This document shows positions 13,214 through 26,754 of a DNA stretch of 64,000 bases, piece after piece. The notes beneath the pieces are model-generated. The model had not been told where the DNA came from, did no database searches, and was given only the letters and a program-made list of their open reading frames with translations. Source of the stretch: Octopus sinensis (taxonomy: Eukaryota); contig NC_042999.1 in NCBI RefSeq assembly GCF_006345805.1, positions 39,866,001-39,930,000 on the forward strand. Reading direction: 5' to 3'. Both the position numbers and the translations under genes were made by a program. Each line of letters begins with the position of its first letter. Within the stretch, counting starts at the first letter, position 1.

Positions 13214-13274
13214 TATATATATATATGTACTAGCAGTAATATATATGAGCTCTCATATACATTGTTCAATATTT

Positions 13275-13353
<79 letters not shown>

Positions 13354-13887
13354 GTGTGTTTGTGTATGTGTATGTTAGTGTGAGCGTGCGTGATACCTTC
13401 ACTTATGCCAATACACATGCACAAAAACACCTAGAAAGATGTACATAACGATATCTATGTCTGTGTTAGCAAGTTTGCTGATGGAAATCTGCTGCAGTAA
13501 ATTATATAATCATTGTTTTTGTTTGTGGTTATATGTAAATTTTATGTATTGGTTTTTATGCGTAAATATAAGTCTATGTATTAGGAAATGTGCGCTTGTG
13601 TTCAGACGTTTATATGTGCATATGGTGTTTTTGTATGACAGCAATAATGAACTGCATTGCAGTTCTATCGGAGATGAGAAACAGTGTGGCATGCTGTAAC
13701 AAACTAGGTATCGGCAAATATGTAATTTTCTCAACTTCGTTAAGAAGCAAGTACTTCGTTTATTTTTCACAAACAGTGTGTTTACTAATCAGACTTTCAT
13801 ATTCATTACCGTGTCGTATTTATATTCCTTCTTTCGCTATAACTATCACTTCCCTCTCTCTCTCCCCACACGTACACACACACACAC

Positions 13888-13891
<4 letters not shown>
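12513..13891. repeat. Tandem duplication of an approximately 710-bp unit bounded by (AT)n
   Basis: 12513-13180 and 13227-13891 are identical apart from one T and microsatellite lengths; the ORF track shows identical 86-aa ORFs 710 bp apart. Confidence 0.95.
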
Positions 13892-13953
<62 letters not shown>

Positions 13954-14000
13954 AAGCAAACACCCTGTTGTATATGTTTGTATAGACACACAGACACAAT

Positions 14001-14036
<36 letters not shown>

Positions 14037-14054
14037 ACACACACACACACACAC

Positions 14055-14091
<37 letters not shown>

Positions 14092-14797
14092 GCATAGGAA
14101 TTCATTTATTTGTATTTGTTGCTTAAAATCTGCAACATTTTTGAAATCAACGTTTATTATTTTTCACAATTTCTTTGTGCATAATTTTGCTAATTAACAA
14201 AAGATGTTGAAGAAAAAGAATAAAATGGAAAATTAACAAAGCGGCTTTTTAAAATTTTATTTTAGGCTTATGCATGAAAATAAATTAACTACTGAAATTT
14301 AAAAATAAAAAAAAATATTGCGTTGTATTTTTTGTTATACTAGAATATATTTACTTTTGTTTGTTTTCATATTTAATTCTATATACTTTTGTTGTATTAC
14401 TGAGTCAGAGAGAAAGGGCGTTCTAGTATTTTACTTGTAATATTTTATTTCTGAATGTTTTTCGTGAAAACTTTTTAGTCATGAATTTTTCAAAAGCTTA
14501 TCATTATCTTCGCAACATAATCAAATTTTCATGTAAGATGTGTATATGAATATGCGAATGGCTTATAAATATAAAACAAAGAGTAACAGTTATCAGAGTA
14601 CTTCAACAATTGCGATAAATATCTGCGAACCTCTTTCTGTGTTCAATATCGTTCTGAAATTCATCCTGCTGGTCATACGGCATTCTAGAAAATAACCGTC
14701 ATAATTTTAATAGATTAGTTGTGTGACAGTAATACCGGCACCCAGATGATATGAATGATCAATATTTAGATTTCTTAGAAAGGTAATATCACAAAGT

Positions 14798-15380
14798 GGC
14801 GAGCTGGCAAAAACGTTAGCACGCCGGGCGAAATGCGTAGTCGTGTTTCGTCTGCCGTTACGTTCTGAGTTCAAATTCCGCCGAGGTCGACTTTGCCTTT
14901 CATCCTTTCGGGTCGATTAAATGAGTACCAGTTACGCACTGGGGTCGATCTAATCGACTTAATCCATTTGTATGTCCTTATTTGTCCTCTCTGTGTTTAG
15001 CCCCTTTTGAATAGTAAGAAATAGGTATTTCGTCTGGTGCTAACGTTCTGAGTTCAAATTCCGACGAGTTCGACTCTGCTTTTCATCCTTTCGGAGTCGG
15101 TAAGATAATACCAGTTACGCACTGGGGTCGATATAATCGACTTAATCCATTTGTCTGTCCTTATTTGTCCTCTCTGTGTTTAGCCCCTTTTGGATAGTAA
15201 AGAAATAGGTATTTCGTCTGGTGCTACGTTCTGAGTTCAAATTCCGACGAGGTCGACTTTGCCTTTCATCCTTTCGGGGTCGATAAGATAATACCAGTTA
15301 CGCACTGGGGTTGATATAATCGACCTGATCCCTTTGTATGTCCTTGATTGTTCGCTCTATGTTTAGCCCCTTGTGGGCAA
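14798..15380 (+). mobile_element. tRNA-derived SINE with three tandem body/tail units (about 183-bp period)
   Basis: Head GGCGAGCTGGCAAAAACGTTAGC (A-box-like) occurs once; the GAGTTCAAATTCC B-box, GTCGACTTTGCCTTTCATCCTTTCG core and tail recur from 14846, 15028 and 15212. Confidence 0.9.
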
Positions 15381-18300
15381 TGTTAATTTTCTAATATTTC
15401 TTTTTAATAAAATACATTATCGTAGAATATTTATTTTGTTTGAGTACCACATATAATAAAGGAATTTTTAAATATTAATAATTTATGCTAAAAGGCGATT
15501 CTGATAACGGATATACATACACGCTTTCCCAATCTTCTTGAAATACTATATCTCACCCCAAGAAAAAAGGAAATAACGATACCTTAAACATTGCAATATG
15601 TTATCGCTGGCTTAAAAGGAAAACCTCTGGGTTCAGTAAGGGTACCACTAATGGTGTCATAACATGCAAAGTATTCATATTGAAGTTATGAGTAATTTTT
15701 GTTGTTTACTCTTAACGATATTGCACATGCTCTTAAGACACTACAAATTTTTGCGCTGGTGCTGTTGCCGACATTAATTTACGATTTCATTTTACACATT
15801 TTAGAACTTGTGGCTACACATACGTGAGATACAAAAATACTGAGAGGAAAGCAGCAGCCTACTAATTAGGCAGTTGCTCGTCACTATATTATTTCTATTT
15901 AATGCTCCTATTTACATCTAGTACATATTTATTGAATATACGTAATAAACAGTTTACTTCCCTTTCAAGTACTTGCAGGATATGCAGATTCTATGTGTTC
16001 GTATAGTCTCAAGTAAAAAGAAAAAGAAACATGAGTTAGAAATTTACTGGTCAAGTGAGAGATAGAAAATTTGCTTACTCACTGCAGCAGCAAATAAAAA
16101 CTCCAGCTGGCCCTGAAATTAGATACAAACATACTGAAGAAAGATATCCCAATGTTTAATAAAATGGGAGAGTTTGATAACATTTAGTTTTTATTCTAGG
16201 AGCGAGTAATAAATGCTGACTAGCGGCAAACCATAACAACAAGAAGGACAGAGAAGAATGAATAAAACATGATGAGCAGCAACAACAACAACACTAACAA
16301 TAAAAGTAACGATAAAAGTGTCAAACTCAGGAATAACTAATGCATTTGCTGGACGATAGAATTTGAGCAGTTTCGCGTAAAAAGAATCGTTTTTCTGCTG
16401 TCGCTGCAAGTTGATTTGCGCTAGATTCTGAACTAAATGTAACACAATGTCAAAAGTTATGAAAGGAAGTACCCACCGTGAAATAAAGCGTACGGACTAA
16501 AACGCTCCCATGGAAACAATTGAAAACAGAACCGGAGTTAATTTGTTATATTAAAAATTATTTGTAATAATGAAAATTAGAAGGAATGTGTAACAATCAG
16601 TTCGATATAAATCAACTATATTCTTGGAATTTATTCTAACCACTGTACTTCACTCAATGATAAAGTAATACAGACAGACTAGTAATTATAGACATATAGA
16701 GATTTAATGAAATTGCGCACGGCAGGTTCATTATCTTAACATATCAAAATAGTAATTTTGTTTTACAACGTAGTTCTGGGTTTTGATACATATGTACCTG
16801 TACTGAACTGAATACGGTATTCTGCATCTTCCATATTGTCCAACGGGGAGCAAGGGTTGCAGGAGTTTGATGCAAATATATTTGCAAATATTGCCTTCAG
16901 AAATCCATGAACGAAAACAAGTACAGACAACAAAGCATCTCCTTTGGCACGTCATTAACCTTGCTATTCAGAAACTTTTAATACTAATATATTCATTAAA
17001 CCCGAAATGAGGGAAGATTGTGCTAGCGTTGAACAATTTAAACATTTTTATCAATGACCTAGAACAATCATCAAAAAGTATCGTTTGGCACGCTCTAATC
17101 ACCATTGCAACACATTCATGCGTGTACAATTAAAAAATATTGCAATTTAATCAAAGAACAGGAAGTGCTACTTTGCTTATAAACTTTTCAGACAATCCTG
17201 AATATTTGTTTAATACAATTAGCATTCAGTTTGGACCAAATCTCACAACACGTATAGACACATGCAGACATTTTCTTTTACATGAAAACAAGCGTCACGG
17301 AGGCGTTTATATATTTCTTGTCACGCAAGCAAAAATATACACACATAGGTATGTATATTGTTCATGGAGTTGTTTTTTATTATATTGTTCATGGAGTGCC
17401 TGTTGGTTACTACATGTGATAGAAGGTTTAGACAAAATATAAAAGTAAGTCACTTGCGTCGTAAGGGATGTCAGATTGATTAGCTATTTCTCAAAACGGA
17501 AATTGCAGATATTGGAGATACCACGTCTATAAGACACAGCTGACATGTTGGTGATATGAAATATGTAAAGAAATTTGTTTCCATGAAGTAGAAAATACCA
17601 GGAATTCCAGCTGCAATATCACTACTACGGGAGAGCGGTAGTCAAGTGTTTGTAGTATCTAAGCCGTGTAGTAGGTTGATAGTTATTATGGCATGAAGTG
17701 TTTTCTTGTTCTGAAGAAGTTTCGATGATGAAGTCAATGTTATGTTGAAAATGTACACTCGTTATGAGAGATCGTCACTGATAGTCTATTCAATGTATTC
17801 TATAACGATGCTCACATGTGATATATGTTAGGTGCGATAGAATCACGGCAGTAAGATGTTTTCGGAAATCTGATAATTGTTGGATTAGTTCGCAAAACCT
17901 GAGAATGTAGAAGAATTAGGAAGAGAGAATTGTAAAAAATAATATTATCATGTCTTAGAGTAACTGAGAATAGAGGAGATAATGGATTCTATGTGCTCGC
18001 AGACATCGGTAATTTCAGCGACGTTTGAAGACAATGTGAGGATTACCAAAGATTTTTGTATAGGGCAGTCAATGGACTGTAACTCAAGAAAGAACAATAT
18101 TGTATTTTCTTCACGTTGTAAAAGAGTTGGTGAGTGTTCATTTTGAGCTAAATCATGTTTGGTTGGGGTTGAACAGGTGTAGCAGATTGCTTCTAGTGTG
18201 ATATACTTTATATATATGGACTAATGAGGTGCTTCGGAGCTTTAAAAACGATTTTCATGCAAATCTACTGAAGATCAATGATCTCCGAACTGTTTATCAC

Positions 18301-19714
18301 TTTCGTAATGCTACAGCAGAAATATTGCATACTGACACATATCTTTCGTTGTATAAGTATTATAAACGCAAGCCTGTTATATAGTTTTTACATCTAATCC
18401 GTTTATGCCATAACTTTGGGTTCTAGAATATTTATTCTATTTTGTCATATTTTATGCTTTGAATTGTGCTTGATATTGAAGATTTATTAAACGTTTCAAT
18501 GTATATATATATATATATATACATGCATACATACATATATGTGACGTGTAAACGTATTCGTAACTTCTTTATCACAAATCTGTAGATTTCGCCAACATCT
18601 TAATTATCGCTACTGACAAGAACAAAGGCTTATGAAATATACTTCTTTATAGTAAGAGAACATCTGCTACGTAGAAACCTACGCACGCAGACAGTGTGAA
18701 ATATTGTATAGTAATAATATTATGCCTTAGAACGTAACAATAAGAAGCAACTAGCTTGGCATCGATACGATTATTCCAAAGCATAAACCATATTCTCTTA
18801 TTCCTGCATAATATATTTTGTCTGAAATATATTTGTAATCCTTGAGATAAGTTAGAGGTCATGACAGGTCGGGCTGACATCTACTTAAATCTTGTTCAAT
18901 GAAACTAGGATTAAAAAGTATATTTTACGAGAAGATATATGACCGTTATTGCTTTAGTTTCCCGATGGTTGCATATTACGAAATAGCAAACGACGTAACA
19001 TTGCAGACAAATGTAATTAAGTATTCAACAAGATGGTTTTCACAGAGGCCTTTAGAACTATTCCAAAAACGAAAAGGAGTTGGAAATTTGATAGAGACAT
19101 TTATGATTTCCAGTGGGTATTCAGAAGTTGCGAAACCTGTAATAAAGATAGGAAAAGAGTAAAGTCCATGAAAGGCACTCTTCCACAATCAGATACAATT
19201 CCAGTAAAGACGGTAATATATACACGTAATTCGTTATATAAGTAGAAGACGCGAAACAGAAGGAAATAAAATGTTTGAGAGAAAATATTCAAGATTTTAG
19301 AACTAAAAAAAAAACATTAATTAATGGGACATGCACACGAGCAATAAAGAAGTTAGTATATTCTAATCTTTTCCTTAATGGATAGACACATCATAATACA
19401 GTTAATATTATCGAATAGGCTACATCGAAGAAGTCATTTAAGTAGGCTGTAGTTTAGATCAAGAGAATATATGTTATTCAATGAAAAGTAGATAATGCAC
19501 CTTTCTGTTGGCGGCTTAGGAAAAAATTATTTGGATAATGTATAGCCATGGTGTTATTTTGTGAATATGTACAAACGGAACAGTAGAAGAAAGCAAAAGA
19601 AAACAAAGTAAGAATCTTTTGTAAAAAGCAGTTACGAAATTTCCGGATATTCTAGCAAATGAATCTTTAGCAGAAAAGTATTGAGAGTCCGGTTAATATA
19701 TTGGTTTGTAGATT

Positions 19715-19935
19715 GAAAAAGGGCCAGAAATTTCGGGGGAGGAGAGAATCTATTTCGTCGACTCCAGTACTAGGATGGTACTTACTTTCTCGACTTGGAA
19801 TTGATGAAAGGCAAAGTGGACCTCAGTGGAATAAGTCCGACTAATATAGCGATTTCAAACTTTGCACAATGCCAGTAATTCGACCGAGGGAGTAAGTCGA
19901 TCACATAGGCCTCAGTGCGCCACTGGTACTTTTTC
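19715..19935 (-). mobile_element. Degenerate dimeric SINE fragments (14798 family)
   Basis: GATGAAAGGCAAAGTGGACCTC and CACTGGTACT blocks, repeated. Confidence 0.65.
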
Positions 19936-20039
19936 ATCTCCACTTTTGCCTCCCCCACATCGTCACACATACACATACACACAGGCACACGTCAAGGTCA
20001 CCAGCCCTATTCCACACGCACATACATACTCTCTGATGC

Positions 20040-20330
20040 ATACGCACGCGCACATTCATTTTGGGATCTCCACTACTTAATATTATCTCCCCTTCTTTCT
20101 AGCTCTCCCGTGGGACCCTTCTGTCAGGCATTCGCCATGATACATCGCTAGCCACTACATATTATTAATTTTCTCTCATTGATTCTTTCTGTGTTTCTTT
20201 CTGTGAAAGAGCGTAGGCTCGAAATGCTGAAACACTTTTTCACTTCCCGAACGTTAAACTAATACATTTGTTTGTTGTCTACACCACCTGTCTTCATCTT
20301 TTGCTTTTTGTGAATTCTCCCAAAACATAT
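20040..20330 (+). mobile_element. PLE-derived pLTR/tail with decayed hammerhead-like motif at about 20201-20228
   Basis: CTGTGAAA-GAGC-GTAG-GCTC-GAAA: stem II and GAAA intact, first core strand and stem III decayed; pyrimidine-rich tail follows. Confidence 0.45.
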
Positions 20331-20332
20331 AA

Positions 20333-20466
<134 letters not shown>

Positions 20467-20928
20467 ATATATATATATATATATCTGTATATATATATAT
20501 ATGTGTGTGTGTGTATATGTATATATATATACATGTACATATATATATGTATGTATGTATATATATTTTATTTTCTGTTTGTTTCAGAGATTTTTGCCTG
20601 AGACCATGCTAGACTCTTTCTTTTTTCTTTCTTTCTTCTTTCTCCCCTATTCCTTTTCATTATTACCATCCTTCTCCTAACATACTTATCTATTCTCTCT
20701 GTCTTCTTACCCCTACCAGTACGTTCTCAAAATCTACATACCATGGATAAGAAGCATTTCTACCCATTCTACACATAAATTTCCTTGGATAATGGAACTG
20801 AAACTCTAACAACCTACATATATTTTTTACTTTTATTCTATTATTTCTCTTTATACCTCTTATATCCATCCTTTTCCAAAATAACTCTCACTATGGAACT
20901 TTTTCCCTCTTGTTAACTCTCTCATATC

Positions 20929-20962
20929 GTCTTTGATGATATCCCAGAAACAGCGGCAAGAC
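20929..20962 (+). ncRNA. Deletion-derivative hammerhead motif (same family as 45132)
   Basis: GTCT-TTGATGA-TATCCCA-GAAA-C-AGCG-G-CA-AGAC: stem I GTCT/AGAC present, 5' arm of stem II lost, U16.1 changed to C. Confidence 0.5.
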
Positions 20963-20969
20963 TACAATA

Positions 20970-21690
20970 GTGAGAGTATATATTCAAAGTTGGATATGTG
21001 AACATGAATAAAAATGTATACTGAGACCAATGTTGGGTATGGGTTCATATTGAAGAGTGTTCTGTATTTTTCGATAAATAAGATTTCTTTACAGAAATTG
21101 TTTATTTGCTCTGGTAGGCGGGAAAACTGTGAAGTTTGTTTGAATATTACCTGCACATCTCTATGTGTTCACTCAAACGAATCTCTCTGTATTGTGTTAA
21201 ACGGATTTGCTCCTCCTTATGTAGTGTGGTTCGCCGTCTAAGAGCCATACTTGTCTGTCTTGTATAGTTATGTTACAACCTGTTATAATACTAATTAGAT
21301 ACTCGGAAGTTGGTTTTAATTGTGAACCTCTCTCCGTGTTTGAATAAGAATTCCTAGCCTTCCAGCAGGTTGGGTCATGTTTTTTAACCATTAGTTCCGT
21401 GGTTGTTGGATAAAGCTACACATCTGTGAGAAGTCTTATCAGCGATTTGTGTTGCTTTTTGCACTGGAGGAATTTATGGTTTTCAGAATATTGTTCATTT
21501 TTAGATCCCTATTGAGCATGGATAGATTTTGTACAATAGTGTTGTATACCTCATTGTTTCTAGGGTTGTGGGTTAAAATGCTCGGTAGTGATTTCAGAAG
21601 TGGTGTGATGTTACGTTTTGTTTCTCTTGGTGTTATAATGTTTAATTCCTATAAGTCAGAGTGGATATTGTCCCTTCGTTAGAGAAAATC
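20970..21690 (-). mobile_element. Degenerate Neptune-type PLE 3' part (linker and GIY-YIG)
   Basis: Frame-hopping minus translation: LTHNPRNNEVYNTIVQNLSML, MALRRRTTLHKEQI, IRLSEHIEMCAGN..TNFTVFP, EILFIEKY; parallels 59973-60317. Confidence 0.75.
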
Positions 21691-22010
21691 CACCCTTAAT
21701 AGCCATTTAGACAATATCCACCCACACTTAACGACGATAACATTAAGCGTTTCAAGAAATTAATCCTTAAAGCACTAAGAGAAACAAAACGTAACCCGAT
21801 ACCACATCTCAATACACTACCGTATATATATTTATAAATATTAAATTACAATAATTTCAATGTCATGATTAGCGATAGCGAAATCGGTCGACAAACATAA
21901 TACCTTTTCACTTGTAAAATATTATAAAATGTATATTAAAACTATGTAAACTGTGTGCATTTCCGTTCCTCTACTTTATATAAAAATATGTATAGGCATA
22001 TTCATATCTA

Positions 22011-23282
22011 CGAGGGACGTTCAATAAGTAATGCTTCTGACCCACTTGCAGTTATTTGATCTAACTGAAATTTTGATTGTAGATTACGTGGCAAATTACA
22101 GCTCTGGACTAATTGCGGTTTCTGATTTACAGGTGTTTGAACTGAGTCAAGTATGAAATGGAGCCTGTTGAGTGTCGAGCAGTGATCCGGTTTTTGTATT
22201 TGAAAGGACGCACACCACGGAAGACGTTTGATGAAATGAAAGTAACTTATGGTGATGATGCCCCATCATATGACCTTGTAAAACGCTGGCATCGTGAATT
22301 TAAACATGGTCGGAACTCTGTGGAAACAGCTCCCAGATCTGGTCGCCCCCTTCTGCCATTGATGAGGCATCTGTCCGTCAAGTTGAGGCTGCCATTTTGG
22401 AAGATCGACGCATAACTATTCGCCAAATAGCCCATGAGGTCAAGATTAGTACCGGGTCTGTGGAAACTATCATTCATGACCATTTGAATATGCAAAAGGT
22501 GTCTACAAGATGGATTACCAGGCTGGTCACACCTTTTCAGAAGCAAGAACGCGTCTAGTGCATGAGGATGAATTTGGAGATGTGCCAAGAAGATGAGTCA
22601 AAATTTTTCAAAAGACTGATTACACAGGGTGAAACCTGGGTCCATCACTATGATCCAGAGACCAAAGGCCAGTCAATGCAGTAGAAGCACCGTGACTCAC
22701 CTCCTCCAAAGAAGGCAATGGTTCAGCCCTCCGCTGGCAAGGTCATGCTCACAATCTTCTGGGACCAGGACGGAGTAGTGATGACAGATTTCCTGGCAAA
22801 GGGTACCACAATTACACGAGCCTATTATGCTTCACTTTTGAGGAAATTAAGAGAAGCTATCAAAATCAAGAGGCGGGGCAAGATCAGCAAAGGCATCCTC
22901 CTCTTGCTGCACAACGCTCCGGTCCACATCTCGCTTGTTGTCAGATCAGAAGCACAGGCGTGCGGCTATGAACTCCAGCCCAATCCCCCCTACTCTCCTG
23001 ACCTTGCACCCTCTTATTTTCACCTCTTCCCAGCCATGAAGTTGTTTTTGAAAGGAAAGCATTTCCCAGATGATGCAGCCTTGATTTCTGAAGTCACGTC
23101 GTGCTTGGAGGACCAAGCTGGTGTATTCTACAAAAACGGTCTCCAGAGCTGCATCAAACGATGGAAGAAATGCGTAACTCTGGGTGTTTTCTATGTAGAC
23201 AAATATTAATAACTGTGCCAGGTTTCGTTGTTCTACTACTATAGGAAGTGGGTCAGGGGCATTACTTTTTGAACGCCCCTCG
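22011..23282 (+). mobile_element. Full-length defective mariner (irritans/Himar-like), 1272 bp, TA target duplication
   Basis: TIRs CGAGGGACGTTCAATAAGTAATGCTTCTGACCCACTT and the reverse complement of CGAGGGGCGTTCAAAAAGTAATGCCCCTGACCCACTT; TA at 22009-10 and 23283-84; transposase 22158-23209 (RSGRP, YSPDLAPS) with one frameshift and two stops. Confidence 0.93.
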
Positions 23283-23321
23283 TATATATGCATATTGTTA
23301 GGAAATTATAAATTATATGGA

Positions 23322-24650
23322 TTTTTATTACAGCCACAAGGGCCTAACACAGAGAAGACCGTACAAAGACTGACAGGACAGCACAGTGGGGACAAAAACA
23401 TAAAACGACTGAAAATAGTAATACGTACAATGAAATCGATGACGTTGAAATAGCTGCATGCGCCCCACTCAAATGCAGTGCCATTTAAACGTACTTACAC
23501 TCCGTTTATAATCCGTTTATTAACCTCTTTGCATCTTTTTGTCATATGTTACAAAATACTAATTGGATTTTCTGCGCTTTTGTTTACTGTTCTTGGCGTC
23601 ATTTTATCCCTTTCAGTCGTTGTCGCTTCTTCCTCTTGCTACTGTTCGACTTCATGGGTTAAACAACCCTCCAATTTGCTTTCTTCTATCTTCTTCTCCA
23701 TAACTTCTTCCTCAAATCCCTTTTCTACCTCTCAATCTCATTTTCAACGTCCTTTACGACTGCTTCCTCTATCTCTTTTGTTTCCTTTCTCTTATTCTGT
23801 CTCTCCGGCGGAGAGCCTTTCCTTTTTCATTTTTTAACCACTCTGAATAACTCCTCTGCCTCTTTCTCCTCCTCCGCACCTCATCATTCCCTTTCTCCTG
23901 CTCCTCCGAATGTTCCATTTCTTGTTCTTTTTGTTCTCTCTCGGGGTACCTCGCCTTCATGTGGCATTTCTCGCCACATAAATAACATCTGGGAGGCCTG
24001 CCCTCCAGCACTATCCTCAATCTCACATCTGGTAGAATGATTTCTTCTGGGATCTTGATCATATCACTATCAATTGTCTGAAGTGACATCTCGATCCCGT
24101 AACCACACAAGTCTACCTTACTCGTTCTTGTCACTCTGAGGATCACTGCATCCTCTTCCATGTTTCGTGTTATCACTGCAACCAATCATGTCTCCCGCTA
24201 ATTCTGGTGGTACTTTTACCACCCTCACTCGGACAACTATTCTGCCGCAGTAAGTTGGTAGGAAAGCACAACCTCCCTATTTTATGGCATCAGTGAAGTG
24301 CAATATCGCTTCGACCTCGCTATCTAAAGGCTCCTCCACTATACCATGCTTTCTTCCTCTTGTTATGAATGTCGACTTCTTTTTAATCTCTTTTAAACTT
24401 TTTTCAACTTGGTGCTACTTTAATTTCCTTCGATGATATTTTCCGTGTTTTATAAATTATTGTTTTTCTCTTTACACTATGTATCAATTCGAATTGAGGA
24501 GTCAACTTTAGATTGTGGTCTTCTTTTTCTTAAAGGTTGCCTCATTCCTTTAGCATTCCCGACTCGATCTTTATTTCTCGCACTTCCAAATCTTGGTCTT
24601 CGATAACTTTGCCAGTTACAGCCATATAACTGTGGCTCCTGGCCGGTTCA
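23322..24650 (-). mobile_element. LINE-like element with only a decayed ORF1 (RRM-like region and CCHC knuckle) and a 3' tail; 5' boundary uncertain
   Basis: FLPTYCGRIVVRVRVVKVPPE and IVLEGRPPRCYLCGEKCHMKARYP match FLPSYCGRKVKRAWVCGLPPG and VILEGRPPKCHMCLKPGHIKRNCP at 55671-56290; no ORF2 follows. Confidence 0.7.
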
Positions 24651-25354
24651 GCCTACATAGCACCTCTTCCCCTCGGTCCTCCCACAAATGGGAAGGAAAG
24701 GTGATTCAATAAATACTAGTGAGGGCAAACATCAACTTCAAACAGGAAGCAAATGTGGTACACCCAACAATAAAACATCGCACCTACTTCAAACCGAAAT
24801 TATAAATTATAATGTTAAGTTAAACAGGAAAGCAGTTTTCCATGCTGCACTGTAAGGTATGGATGAAGTCTATTGTCAAACTGGGGGAAGCTAGGTGTTA
24901 ATAGCCAAAACTGTGAAACTATAACAAATTGACTAGAACTTGGCAAACCTTTATAAGCAGAGATAATTTTACCCCACAGGTGCGTGACAGATTTTTTTTC
25001 TGTGAGACATGTATGTATATAAAAAGTCTACACACACTTTCTATATCTAGCATGAATCTGTTGACATCTTGCACGGACAGGTTCCTGCAGGCACTTTTGC
25101 CGGAGGGCAAGAATCCGAAACCAGGAAGCTGAACGGACACAATGCCGAACAAACAAATAGCCGAACGGACAAAATAATGATGAAAATAAAATAATTCCAA
25201 CTTACATAGTTTAATAACCATTGTCGTCTGTGAAATGGTCATGTTCTAGGAATAAAACGATTATTATATATCTTAATTTTCGTATGTCTTCGGTATCTTT
25301 TCTGTTCGCCTTTATGTCCATTCGTCTTTTTGGCTTCGACATCTTATTCTTCGT

Positions 25355-25597
25355 GGGGGCGAGTGGCTTAGTGGTTAAGGTGTCAGCATCATGATCGTAA
25401 GATTGTGGTTTCGATTCCTGGACTGGGCGACACGTTGTTCTTGAGCAAAACACTTCATTTCACGTTGCTCCAGTCCACTCAGCTAGCAAAAAGAAGTAAC
25501 GCTGCAATAGACTGGCGTCCCGTCCAGGTGGGGAACACATACGCCATTGAGACGGGAAAACGGGCCCATGAGCCTGGCTAGGCTTTCAAAGGGTGCA
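25355..25597 (+). mobile_element. tRNA-derived SINE (second family; CORE-like and V-like blocks)
   Basis: A box TGGCTTAGTGG (25364), B box GGTTTCGATTCC (25407), then TGTTCTTGAGCAAAACACTT and GACTGGCGTCCCGTCCAGG. Confidence 0.8.
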
Positions 25598-26339
25598 TTT
25601 ATTTATTTTATTTTATATGTCCTTCGGCAATATTGCAGTCGGCCTCCCGTCCGTATTCTGTTCACACGCATGTGTTATTTAGAGACTAGCAGAAAAACGT
25701 TTTTGATGAATAATTTCTAATAACTTTATAAATGTTAAATTCTTTTTTTATTTTATTTTTCATATTGTCAATACTTCAGCTGCAAATGTATGTCAATCGC
25801 TGTTCTAGTGTAATTTGACGTGACCTTTATTCTGAACATTTTATACTGTATATTGTACGTGAGATTGCTATCATTGTAAAGCCATAGCAGTTGTATTTTG
25901 CCTTTTGTCTGTCTGTTAAAATCAATATTTAGTGTTTTCAACAGCATGGCTTCTAATTTTGGTCTACGTCGATTAACTTTTGTTCAATTTAAGCAGTGAA
26001 TTAATAATACGATACTCGAGTGTGAAACACCTGAGGACAAATTATTTAAAATATTGTAAACTTTATATAAATTGCGTAAAATAAACTTAATCTCGATAAA
26101 TACGTATATCCACACATGTACAGGAACGTTATAAGTATGTATAATCACTCTGCAGAAATAACAAATAAATATTTTTTTCTAATAATTATTATATGAACAC
26201 TTTTCATATGAAATCTTAAATTTGCTCGCGAACATATGTTGTAAAGTGGTATTATGCCACTGTTCTGTCTCTCTTTTGACGATGGTTCTCGCTCTAAGAG
26301 ATATTGTTATATTCCGAAATCTTCGATAGAGTGTTTCTA

Positions 26340-26585
26340 TCTGGCACTGTACGACCGCCAGTCGTACAGTGTTAGTATCTTCAAAAGGTTGGATCGTTAT
26401 AACGTTCACTCAGTATTACTGTATAATTACTGTATCAGCATAAACACGACTGTTAACACAGCCTACGCGTACTCTCTACCTTCTGACCTCCCGATCTTCT
26501 GTCGACCGGCTATGGTCTATTTATAGTGGCTGGCTACTGACACACTGAAGGGCTATAAAGTTTCACTATTCAATATCTCCATTTT
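26340..26585 (-). mobile_element. Possible Gypsy 3' LTR remnant
   Basis: Downstream of pol on minus strand; purine tract AAAAAATGGAGA, then TATAAATA; no second LTR seen. Confidence 0.3.
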
Positions 26586-26633
26586 TTATTTCTTTTAGGA
26601 AAATTCACTTTCATTTATTCACCCTACATCCTT

Positions 26634-26710
<77 letters not shown>

Positions 26711-26754
26711 GTACTCAATATCTTCATTTTAGGGTCTACTATTAAGTAATACAC

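Noticed and set aside
17500-18170. Possible ancient PLE RT on the minus strand
   Set aside because: Only vague compositional resemblance; no motif could be read with confidence.
25355-25430. tRNA gene (also 47420-47489)
   Set aside because: A and B boxes are present but continue into SINE bodies; no complete cloverleaf or acceptor stem.
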